The notes beneath the pieces are model-generated. The model had not been told where the DNA came from. It searched no databases and saw only the letters and a program-made list of their open reading frames with translations. A stretch of DNA of 64,000 bases from IMG/VR virus record IMGVR_UViG_3300027974_000023, positions 64,826 through 128,825 of that record; one strand, written 5' to 3'. Source of the stretch: a virus. This document shows positions 49,715 to 57,918 of the stretch, piece by piece (the first letter of the stretch is position 1; each line of letters opens with the position of its first letter). Both the position numbers and the translations under genes were made by a program.

Positions 49715-50719
49715 ATGAGTCACTTATTTAATGGGGCACGGGCATTGCTACCTGTAACTGAAAGACAGGCTGTTGAAAAAGCCATTCACAAAATAAAAGC
49801 CAGAAGACAAGGACAAGTTAGATCCTTAAGAAGTGCATGGCCAAAATTTAATGATGCTTTCTGTGATGGATTAGAATGGAGAACTATCACCGTAGTAGGT
49901 GCTAGACCGGGAACAGGTAAAACTTTATTTATGGAACAATTGATAAGTGATATTATTGCTTACAATAAAGACCAGGAATTTAGAGTTTTAAAGTTCCAGA
50001 TGGAAATGGTTGATGAAACAAGTGGTGTAAGAAAGCTCAGTTTAAATACAGGAGCAGATTATAACACTTTGATGAGTAAAGGCGGCCAGTTAGTTGATAA
50101 AGACATATATGAACAATGTGTGGCTTATTACAACAGTACTAAAGCTAATGACTTTATCAATGTGGTATATGATGCATGTACTGTAGATGAAATGTGTGCT
50201 ACAGTCCATTATGAAATGGAAAAGTACAAGAATGATGACGGAACATTCCCTAACATGCTGGTTGCAATAGATCACTCTGCTTTGTTTAAAGTAGGAAAAG
50301 GACAAAAGGACAAATTTGAAATGCTAGGAAGCTTAGGTGAGGCTCTCACAATGATGAAAAAGAAATATCCTGTAGCATTTATTGTCCTAAGTCAGCTCAA
50401 TAGAAATATTGATGATCCTAAAAGACAAGAAGAAGGTTCTTATGGTAACTATGTATTAGATTCTGATATCTATGGTTCAGATGCTTTATTACAACATGCA
50501 GATGTTGTTATGGGTATCAATAAACCATCTATTAGAAAGATTAGGTTCTATGGTCCGGACAAGTTCATTATTGAAGATGAAGATGTGTTAGTATTTCACT
50601 TTCTTAAATCAAGAAATGGTACTACAAGAATTAGCTTCTTTAAGCTTGACCGTAATGTAATGAGAATTATAGAAATACCAACACCACCAACCGCAGTAAA
50701 AACAAAAATGAAAATTTAA
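49715..50719 (+). CDS. dnaB: DnaB-like replicative helicase
   Basis: GARPGTGKT, FQMEM, IDH, LSQLNR, GSDALLQHAD, KSRNG. Confidence 0.92.
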   Translation: MSHLFNGARALLPVTERQAVEKAIHKIKARRQGQVRSLRSAWPKFNDAFCDGLEWRTITVVGARPGTGKTLFMEQLISDIIAYNKDQEFRVLKFQMEMVDETSGVRKLSLNTGADYNTLMSKGGQLVDKDIYEQCVAYYNSTKANDFINVVYDACTVDEMCATVHYEMEKYKNDDGTFPNMLVAIDHSALFKVGKGQKDKFEMLGSLGEALTMMKKKYPVAFIVLSQLNRNIDDPKRQEEGSYGNYVLDSDIYGSDALLQHADVVMGINKPSIRKIRFYGPDKFIIEDEDVLVFHFLKSRNGTTRISFFKLDRNVMRIIEIPTPPTAVKTKMKI

Positions 50720-50723
50720 GTGT

Positions 50724-51401
50724 ATGACAGTTAGAAAAGAAAGAGAAAGAGATTTCTATGCACAGCATATGAATACTTTCAAGAAAATTGGACAAGGGGA
50801 TCCATTTTTTCTAGTGAAGACTGCATTTTTCCAGAAAGGTAAGTATGGAAGACAAGTGCAGTTCTTTGAATCAGAATTAGCAAAAGGTGAAGACATTTAC
50901 ATAGAATTTTATGATAATGTAACAGATTCATCTGGTTCTATTGTAGACATTAAACCTTTCTATGCAAATAGACAGTTGTTTAAATACAGATACAATCCAT
51001 TTTATTCTGAAGAATATGATGTTAAAGAAGGTAATAATTATAAAGGTGATCCTTATAAATTATTTACTGTTCCTGTGTCAGAGTTATTAGCAGTACTACC
51101 AGATGGTACAGAAATTACATATGCCCTTTTTGAAAAAAGAGGTGCTGAATCAGTTGCTCAAGATATTAAAGGTTCTGATTTTGATATTGATTTACCAAAA
51201 TTACAAAACTCTTTAGTACAAGATGAATTTCCTGACTTTACAGCAGAGTTACCTAATCTTTTAACAGCACAAGCTCAAGCAATTGTTACTCATAAAGATG
51301 CTTTTGTATCTGAAATGACAATACAAGATTTTGCAGCAATTATGTGGAAAAAGCCTGTAAGTAACAAACAATGGTTAAATGACTTAATTACAAAATCATG
51401 A
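50724..51401 (+). CDS. hypothetical protein
   Basis: ORF track; translationally coupled to next gene. Confidence 0.55.
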   Translation: MTVRKERERDFYAQHMNTFKKIGQGDPFFLVKTAFFQKGKYGRQVQFFESELAKGEDIYIEFYDNVTDSSGSIVDIKPFYANRQLFKYRYNPFYSEEYDVKEGNNYKGDPYKLFTVPVSELLAVLPDGTEITYALFEKRGAESVAQDIKGSDFDIDLPKLQNSLVQDEFPDFTAELPNLLTAQAQAIVTHKDAFVSEMTIQDFAAIMWKKPVSNKQWLNDLITKS

Positions 51402-53878
51402 GTATAGTACTTCCAACTTCAAAAGTTAAGGCAGAAAGAGTAAACCCAAAAAGAATGGTTATTTATTCTAAGCCTAAAACTGGCAAGACAACATGTTATG
51501 CAGGTCTTGAAGATAATCTGATATTAGATTTAGAGCATGGTGCAGATTTTATTGAAGCTCTCAAAGTTCCAATTACAAGTTTACAACAGCTTTTAGATAC
51601 TGGAAAAGCAATCAGAGAAGCAGGTAAGCCTTACAAGTATATAACTATAGATACTGTTACTGCGTTAGAAGATATGATACACCCACTTGCCATAAAACTT
51701 TATAAACAAACGCCGATGGGAAAGAATTTTGATGGAGATAATATTACCACTTTACCAAACGGTGCTGGTTATTTATATATCCGCACTGCATTTTTCCAAG
51801 TGCTTGACTTTGTAGATACTCTTGCTGATCATGTAATTTTATCTGGACACATTAAGGATTAATTGTTAGTTCTTATAAAACCTCTTTAATTGCTGGAATA
51901 TCCTAAAGACAAAATAACTACAATAGTCAAGAAATTAGACTATGAATGTTTGAAAATATTTTGTATCTTTATAGTGACCAAAAAATTCACTATATGAATG
52001 GACAATCAGCAGCCAAGTCTCTAAGTTCACATGAATATGAGAAAGGTTCAACGACTATCAAAACCACTTTTTATAAAGACAAGGGAGTAGAGTACACTAG
52101 CAATAGTGGAAAAGGGAGGAATTTACATACAACTTTTATTTATGCTTTGCTAGAAAATAATACAAATAATATTAGGTATATAGGTAAAGCTAATAATGTA
52201 CAACAAAGATTTAAGTTTCATTTATTAGATAAAGGAAAAACTCATAAAACATGTTGGTTAAAATCAATTGATTATAATATAAGTTATATTATTTTAGATG
52301 AAGTTGATAAATCAGAATGGCAATTTTGGGAAATTTATTGGATAAATCAATGCAAAGTTTGGGGATTTAATTTAACAAATCAAACATTAGGTGGTGAGGG
52401 AGGTTTAGGAAAAAAACTATCTGAAGAACATAAACAAAAAATTTCAATTAAACTTAAAGGAAAAATAGTTAGTTCAGAAACTAAACAAAAACTTTCTAAA
52501 AGTATAAAAGGAAAAAAGCTTAGTGAAACCCATATAAGAAATTTATCTAAAAGTCATAAAGGATTAATTTATCCTAAAGGTAATTATGGTAAACATTGTA
52601 AAAGAAAAATAGGTCAGTATAAAGAAGGAATTCTTATAAAAGTTTGGGATAGTTTAAAAGATGCATCAGAATTTTACAAAGTTCATTATGCATCAATATC
52701 TCACTGTTGTGCAGGAAGGAAAAAACAAATAAAAGGATATATTTGGAAGTATGTAGATTAAGATATAGTCTAATCCTGTTAGAAATAACAGGTAGAAATG
52801 AAACAAGTAGATGATAAAGGTGAGCTTGTTATGTCTGCTAATATTGATTTGACAGGTAAAATAAAGTCTCTAATCTGTGCTAATGCTGATGCTATTGGTT
52901 AACTTAGTAGCCACTTTCTATAGTAATATAGATTGAAAAAGCTTTTTAATTGTCTGGGAACTCTGACCACTTAAAGGTGAAGACAATCAGCAGCCAAGTT
53001 ATAAATAAATTATTATGAGTAAATTAAGTTTAGAACCAGGAACAAAAGTTAATAGATGGACAATTTTACATTGGGAAAAATCTTCTAAAAGATATGTGTG
53101 CCAATGTGATTGTGGAATTATTAAAAAAGTTACGGGTTATTCAGTTAAGTCTGGAGCAAGTAAATCTTGTGGTTGTTATAATATTGAACAAATAGTTGAA
53201 AGAAGTTCTAAACCTCTTTTTACAGCAATGTTTTATCAAGTTTACATGAATTACCAAAAACAAGCTTTACTTAGAAACTATGCTTTTGATATTAATTTAG
53301 ATGAATTCAAAGAACTATTAATTCAAAATTGTCATTACTGTAACGCTGTTCCAGCAAATACTTTTAAAGGACATAAAAGAAAGTTTAAAGATACATCTGA
53401 GTTTGTATATAATGGTATAGATAGAAAAGATAATAATATAGGTTACACAATAAAAAATTGTGTACCTTGTTGTCAAAAATGTAATTTTGCTAAAAAGAAT
53501 TATTCATATGATGAATGGATACTTTGGATTAAGCAAGTGTATGACAACTTATTTATAAAAGGTTCAACGACTATCCCAAAGGGGAGTACACTGCAAGCTA
53601 ATGGTAGTGGAAAAGGAAGCCTTCCTAACAAGGAAGAAGATATAGTCTCATCTTAATAGAAATATTAAGCAGTTTAATAAACGGAATTAATGTTGCGTAT
53701 TAATTTGAAGATAATGTACATGTTCAGAAAAGGGCCGAAAACTATCTTGTCTTTTAAGTCTAATGATGAAGTAACATGTGGTGCAAGACCAGATCATTTG
53801 AGAAATAAAGAAATAGTAATTGCTGATTCTACTGATGGAGATTTGAAAATTTCCTGGGATGAGGTATATGTAAAATAA
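51398..53878 (+). CDS. AAA_24/Sak4-like ATPase, spliced from exons 51398-51859, 52801-52899 and 53717-53878
   Basis: SKPKTGKTT, LDLE, IDTVT; spliced frame ...GHIKD|KQVDDKG...NADAIG|YMFRKG... is continuous. Confidence 0.85.
51860..52800 (+). mobile_element. group I intron 1
   Basis: Exon ends in U, intron ends in G; aattgctggaa (P), aatcagcagcc (Q), gttcaacgacta (R), aagatatagtct (S). Confidence 0.9.
51946..52761 (+). CDS. intron-encoded GIY-YIG/NUMOD homing endonuclease
   Basis: FIYAL...RYIGKA, WEIYWI, LTNQTLGGEGG, NUMOD3 and NUMOD1 motifs; start uncertain. Confidence 0.85.
   Translation: MFENILYLYSDQKIHYMNGQSAAKSLSSHEYEKGSTTIKTTFYKDKGVEYTSNSGKGRNLHTTFIYALLENNTNNIRYIGKANNVQQRFKFHLLDKGKTHKTCWLKSIDYNISYIILDEVDKSEWQFWEIYWINQCKVWGFNLTNQTLGGEGGLGKKLSEEHKQKISIKLKGKIVSSETKQKLSKSIKGKKLSETHIRNLSKSHKGLIYPKGNYGKHCKRKIGQYKEGILIKVWDSLKDASEFYKVHYASISHCCAGRKKQIKGYIWKYVD
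52900..53716 (+). mobile_element. group I intron 2
   Basis: U/G boundaries; aattgtctgggaa, aatcagcagcc, gttcaacgacta, aagatatagtct. Confidence 0.9.
53015..53656 (+). CDS. intron-encoded HNH-type homing endonuclease
   Basis: CQCDCG, SKSCGC, CHYC, NGIDRKDNNIGY..NCVPCC..CN. Confidence 0.85.
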   Translation: MSKLSLEPGTKVNRWTILHWEKSSKRYVCQCDCGIIKKVTGYSVKSGASKSCGCYNIEQIVERSSKPLFTAMFYQVYMNYQKQALLRNYAFDINLDEFKELLIQNCHYCNAVPANTFKGHKRKFKDTSEFVYNGIDRKDNNIGYTIKNCVPCCQKCNFAKKNYSYDEWILWIKQVYDNLFIKGSTTIPKGSTLQANGSGKGSLPNKEEDIVSS

Positions 53879-53904
53879 ATGTTTAATAATTAAAAAGTAA
53901 AAAA

Positions 53905-54585
53905 ATGTTAAGTACAACAGATTTAGGAACAGGAACAGGAATGCCAAAAACAATAACTCCAGGTAATCATGAGTTAAAAATTAATGGTGTTCATTTAGAA
54001 GAATTCTCTTTTATTGAAGGAGCATATCACTTAGTAATTGATGTTGAAACAGCACCAATTGACGGTTTTGAAGGTTTTATGATTGACAAAGATGATGCAA
54101 GTAAAGGTCATTATGCTGGTCAAATTGGTAGAGTAAAAGCTTCTCAGTATGCATTTGCTGATGGTGAAACTAAAAGTGGTATTAAAGTTAGTAGAGATAG
54201 ATCTATCATGATCTTCTTGAAAAACTTATCTATGTCTTTAGATATTCTTCCTTGGTTTGAAGCTCAAAATAACAAATTTGGTACTATTGAAGAATTTGTT
54301 AAAAACTTTAATGATAATGCTCCATTCAAAGATCTTTATTTGAAATGGTGTATTGGTGGTAAAGAATACATGGGTAAAACTGGTTACTTAAACTATGATA
54401 TGTGTTTACCAAAATCTGCAAATAACAAATTTGCTTTTGGTCCAGCAAATACTGGTAAAGTACTTGATTATGTTGAAGCAACTCACCTTAAGAAATTAGT
54501 GGTAGCTGAGAAGAAAGAATTTGGTCCTGAAGATGATGATTTTTCTTCTGCACCAAATGTTTCTACTGATTTTAGCTTAGACTAA
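53905..54585 (+). CDS. putative single-stranded DNA-binding protein
   Basis: ITPGNHELKI start, acidic/aromatic C-terminal tail, between ATPase and primase. Confidence 0.5.
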   Translation: MLSTTDLGTGTGMPKTITPGNHELKINGVHLEEFSFIEGAYHLVIDVETAPIDGFEGFMIDKDDASKGHYAGQIGRVKASQYAFADGETKSGIKVSRDRSIMIFLKNLSMSLDILPWFEAQNNKFGTIEEFVKNFNDNAPFKDLYLKWCIGGKEYMGKTGYLNYDMCLPKSANNKFAFGPANTGKVLDYVEATHLKKLVVAEKKEFGPEDDDFSSAPNVSTDFSLD

Positions 54586-54604
54586 AATACACTAACTTAT
54601 ATTA

Positions 54605-54629
54605 AAGGGAGTTAATAGCTCCCTTTTTT
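54605..54629 (+). terminator. intrinsic terminator
   Basis: aagggag-ttaatag-ctccctt plus T-tract. Confidence 0.75.
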
Positions 54630-54647
54630 ATTCTAAAAACAATTGTT

Positions 54648-55622
54648 ATGATTTCTACTACAAATATCATTACTGATTTGAGACAAGTTCCAACTGAATG
54701 GATATTTGAGTATTACTTGAATCTTACAGAAAAATTAGTTGGTCAGGATATTAAGATGCATTCTGTTTTTGTTAAAGAGAATACTCCATCTTTTTGTATT
54801 TACTATAATACTCTTAAGGGTTATAAATTTAAAGATTTCTCTTCAGGTAAAAATGGAGATGCTATTGAATTTGTGCATCAGTATCTTAATTTAAGTAACC
54901 GTGGTTCTGCAGCAATGAAGATACTAGAAGATTATTCAGAATTTATTGCTAATAATGGAACTATTGTTGTTAACTCTGTACCAGAAAGTAGATATCAAGT
55001 ATCTGATTATGAGATTAGACATTGGAATAGCTTAGATCAAGACTTTTGGATGAGTTACAAAATTTCATCTAAAATGTTGTCTAAGTATAATGTACAGCCT
55101 CTCAAGTTTTTTACTCTTAGCAAGTTGGATAACAATGGTGATTATAAAGAATTGAAGTTTGAGAATCAATATACTTATGGTTATTTTAAGGAAGATGGTA
55201 GTTTGTATAAAATCTATCAGCCTAAGAATAAAAAGAGTAAGTTCATAAAGATTAAGGATTATATCCAGGGATCAGAACAACTTACCTTTACCTCAAAGTA
55301 TTTGATCATTACTTCTTCATTAAAGGACATGATGGCTTTTGAAACTCTTGGTATCAAAAATGTTGAATGCATTGCTCCAGACAGTGAAAATAGTTTTATA
55401 CCTTTAACTGAAATGCAAAAATTAAAAAGCAGGTATTTCAAGATCATAGTTATTTTTGATAATGATGAAGCAGGTATTGAAGCTACTGGTAGATATGCTG
55501 CAAAATATGAGACTGAATATCTTATATTTCCATTAGCAAAAGACATTGCTGATTCAGTTGAGCAGCATGGTGTAGTAAAAACTAGAGATACAATGTTTCA
55601 ACTCTTAAAGAATATACTATGA
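54648..55622 (+). CDS. DNA primase (Toprim)
   Basis: ENTPSF, FKDFSSGKNGD, ITSSLKD, FDNDEAG, KDIAD. Confidence 0.82.
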   Translation: MISTTNIITDLRQVPTEWIFEYYLNLTEKLVGQDIKMHSVFVKENTPSFCIYYNTLKGYKFKDFSSGKNGDAIEFVHQYLNLSNRGSAAMKILEDYSEFIANNGTIVVNSVPESRYQVSDYEIRHWNSLDQDFWMSYKISSKMLSKYNVQPLKFFTLSKLDNNGDYKELKFENQYTYGYFKEDGSLYKIYQPKNKKSKFIKIKDYIQGSEQLTFTSKYLIITSSLKDMMAFETLGIKNVECIAPDSENSFIPLTEMQKLKSRYFKIIVIFDNDEAGIEATGRYAAKYETEYLIFPLAKDIADSVEQHGVVKTRDTMFQLLKNIL

Positions 55623-55792
55623 GTTACATAAAAGATCTCACTCTAAAAGAAATGTCAAAAATGCTTGAAGATACTGTAAAAGAAAATAGAGCTTTAGAAC
55701 TTGAAATGATGGAACAAGCTTGTGAAATATCACAACTTAGATCACAGCTTAAACTTTTCAGAATTGGACATGGACTTAAAAACAAATTATAA
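55619..55792 (+). CDS. small coiled-coil protein (57 aa)
   Basis: Manual translation MSYIKDLTLKEMSKMLEDTVKEIRALELEMME... Confidence 0.55.
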   Translation: MSYIKDLTLKEMSKMLEDTVKENRALELEMMEQACEISQLRSQLKLFRIGHGLKNKL

Positions 55793-55799
55793 CTGATTT

Positions 55800-55988
55800 A
55801 TGAGTTCAACAAATACAGCTCCTATATGGAGTAAAATTAATGAAGATATTTCAATCATAGAACTGAGAAAAGAAAACAGAGCTCTTGACATGGAACTTAT
55901 GGAAGCTTATGAAAAAATAAGAAGTTTGGAAAATACTTTGGCTTTTTTAAAATTAACTAAGTTTGGTACTAAAAATGAAAAATTATGA
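55800..55988 (+). CDS. small coiled-coil protein, paralog of preceding ORF
   Basis: KENRALDMELME. Confidence 0.55.
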   Translation: MSSTNTAPIWSKINEDISIIELRKENRALDMELMEAYEKIRSLENTLAFLKLTKFGTKNEKL

Positions 55989-56416
55989 TAGATTTTTGGA
56001 CATACAAAGGAAAAGTATTTGGTGAACTAGATATTCCTGAAGGAGCTATTGGTTTTATTTATCACATGACAGCAATAATAGATGGTAAGTCTGTTGCTTA
56101 TATAGGTAAGAAGAACTTCTTTGCTAATATAAAGAGACCATTAGGTAAGAAAGCTCTGGCTGTTACCACTGATAAAAGACTTAAGAAATACACAAGAGTC
56201 ATCAAGCCTGATTTTCTTAACTATTATAGCTCCAATGCTATATTGAAAAAAGCTCATAAAGAAGGTGTGCATATTAAAAGAGAGATCTTAATGATCTGCT
56301 ACTCAGGCATGGAGCTTACATATCAAGAAACAAAACATCAATTTGTATATGAAGTATTAGAGAAAGAAGAGTTTCTTAATGGAAACATTCTTGGTCGGTT
56401 TTATAAAACAAAATAG
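55985..56416 (+). CDS. GIY-YIG-like (Seg-type) endonuclease
   Basis: GFIYHM...YIGKK, YYSS, REIL, NGNI. Confidence 0.65.
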   Translation: MIDFWTYKGKVFGELDIPEGAIGFIYHMTAIIDGKSVAYIGKKNFFANIKRPLGKKALAVTTDKRLKKYTRVIKPDFLNYYSSNAILKKAHKEGVHIKREILMICYSGMELTYQETKHQFVYEVLEKEEFLNGNILGRFYKTK

Positions 56417-56418
56417 TT

Positions 56419-56790
56419 ATGAGTGAAGAAAACAAATTAATTGGGAGTTTATTAAAACTTGCTGATTTAGGTATAACAGCTATAAGAATTTCATATTCTG
56501 GAAGTGGTGATGATGGATCAATTGATGAAGTATTAGCTACAAGAGATAATGCAGATGATTTTGAAGATGTATACAGTTTAGATTTTTTTGAAGAAATAGA
56601 TTCTGAAAACAGAACAATAATTGCTGATTGGTGTGTTGAAAAATTACTAAATGATATTGAAGATTGGTGGAATAATGATGGTGGCTATGGTTATTTATAT
56701 ATTAAAATTCCTTCTGGGGAATATAAAATTGAGAATAACATAAATTATGTAGAAACCTTTAATCATTCTGGTAAAATTTTAGATGTATAA
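56419..56790 (+). CDS. DUF6878-like protein
   Basis: YSGSGDDGSI, DWWNNDGGYG. Confidence 0.6.
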   Translation: MSEENKLIGSLLKLADLGITAIRISYSGSGDDGSIDEVLATRDNADDFEDVYSLDFFEEIDSENRTIIADWCVEKLLNDIEDWWNNDGGYGYLYIKIPSGEYKIENNINYVETFNHSGKILDV

Positions 56791-56792
56791 TT

Positions 56793-57140
56793 ATGGCACA
56801 TCCTTTATTACATGCTAAATCCTCTGTTAAGAAATGGGGAGGTCAGATATCTGATTATCAAGCAATTCATGAATGGTTTGATGAATCCAAAGCTTGGATA
56901 GGTCACAGTAAACATAGAATGTTCCGTCACCATAGTGAAGGTATATTTGAATGTGAAAAAAGATTTGGATCCAGTTTTATTAATTCTGATGGGGTAACTG
57001 TATATACAAGATATGTTGGAGAACAACATGTAAAGGAAGATTGCTTTGGTTATATACCAAGTGCAAAAGAATGGGTTGAGGCTTTAGAGTCTGGAAAACC
57101 AAAAGAGTGGATGCTTAAAACATTAAAAATTGAGGACTGA
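56793..57140 (+). CDS. DUF6915-like His-rich protein
   Basis: HAKSSVKKWGG, HEWFDESK, HRMFRHH, GEQHVKED. Confidence 0.65.
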   Translation: MAHPLLHAKSSVKKWGGQISDYQAIHEWFDESKAWIGHSKHRMFRHHSEGIFECEKRFGSSFINSDGVTVYTRYVGEQHVKEDCFGYIPSAKEWVEALESGKPKEWMLKTLKIED

Positions 57141-57523
57141 TGACACAAGAAAAAAAAATTATTAGACTGAAAAATGAGAAAATCAAAGTGGTTTTCACAA
57201 ATGAAGCAAATCCTGATGAGTCAAGTTTATCATTAGAATTTACTGTTACAAGAGATGCCGATAATCAAAAAGTTACAACATTGGCATTAGACCCATCTGT
57301 TTTTAATAGAGAAGACTCATTTATGGGTGAAATGTATATGAATACAGTAAACATTTTAGGAGCTGTTAAAAAAATATTTGATTCTGGAGAAATGTATGAT
57401 GGTTTACATTCAATAACTACTGAGGAATACAAAGAATTTTTAATAAAGGTAAAAGGTGTTGATCCAGAAACCTTTGGGCCAAAAGTAATAAATGTAGATG
57501 GTGTTATTAAGAAAGAAGACTGA
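57140..57523 (+). CDS. hypothetical protein
   Basis: ORF track. Confidence 0.5.
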   Translation: MTQEKKIIRLKNEKIKVVFTNEANPDESSLSLEFTVTRDADNQKVTTLALDPSVFNREDSFMGEMYMNTVNILGAVKKIFDSGEMYDGLHSITTEEYKEFLIKVKGVDPETFGPKVINVDGVIKKED

Positions 57524-57918
57524 TGGAAAAAATAAAATTTGAAAAAGAAGAAGTGCTGAACTTAATGAATATGATGAAGTCAACTGACAATAGTAATTCT
57601 GAATTAGCTTTTCAGATAATTGAAAGTAGCTTTTCTAAAGAGAATGAAGGTGAAGTAATATTACTTTACAAGTATTCAGGTAAAACAGCGGGAGAATGGG
57701 AAAAGCATGCTCCTAAAGTGTATAATTTTGTTAAAGAACATCTTCAAGGTAATAATAACCTATCTGCTCCAAGAACACTTACTATTATGTCAAACATAAA
57801 AGCAAGTAATGCTTCTGTGGAGTTATTCATGGAAACTTTTACTAATGAGCTTAAAGGTTACATGGAGCAATTAGGATTTGAAACTGAGAAATTTGAATTA
57901 ACAATTAAGATGAAATAA
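57523..57918 (+). CDS. hypothetical protein
   Basis: ORF track. Confidence 0.55.
   Translation: MEKIKFEKEEVLNLMNMMKSTDNSNSELAFQIIESSFSKENEGEVILLYKYSGKTAGEWEKHAPKVYNFVKEHLQGNNNLSAPRTLTIMSNIKASNASVELFMETFTNELKGYMEQLGFETEKFELTIKMK

Noticed and set aside
53690-53878. Independent 62-aa gene
   Set aside because: It is exon 3 of the ATPase; the first nine codons are intron sequence.
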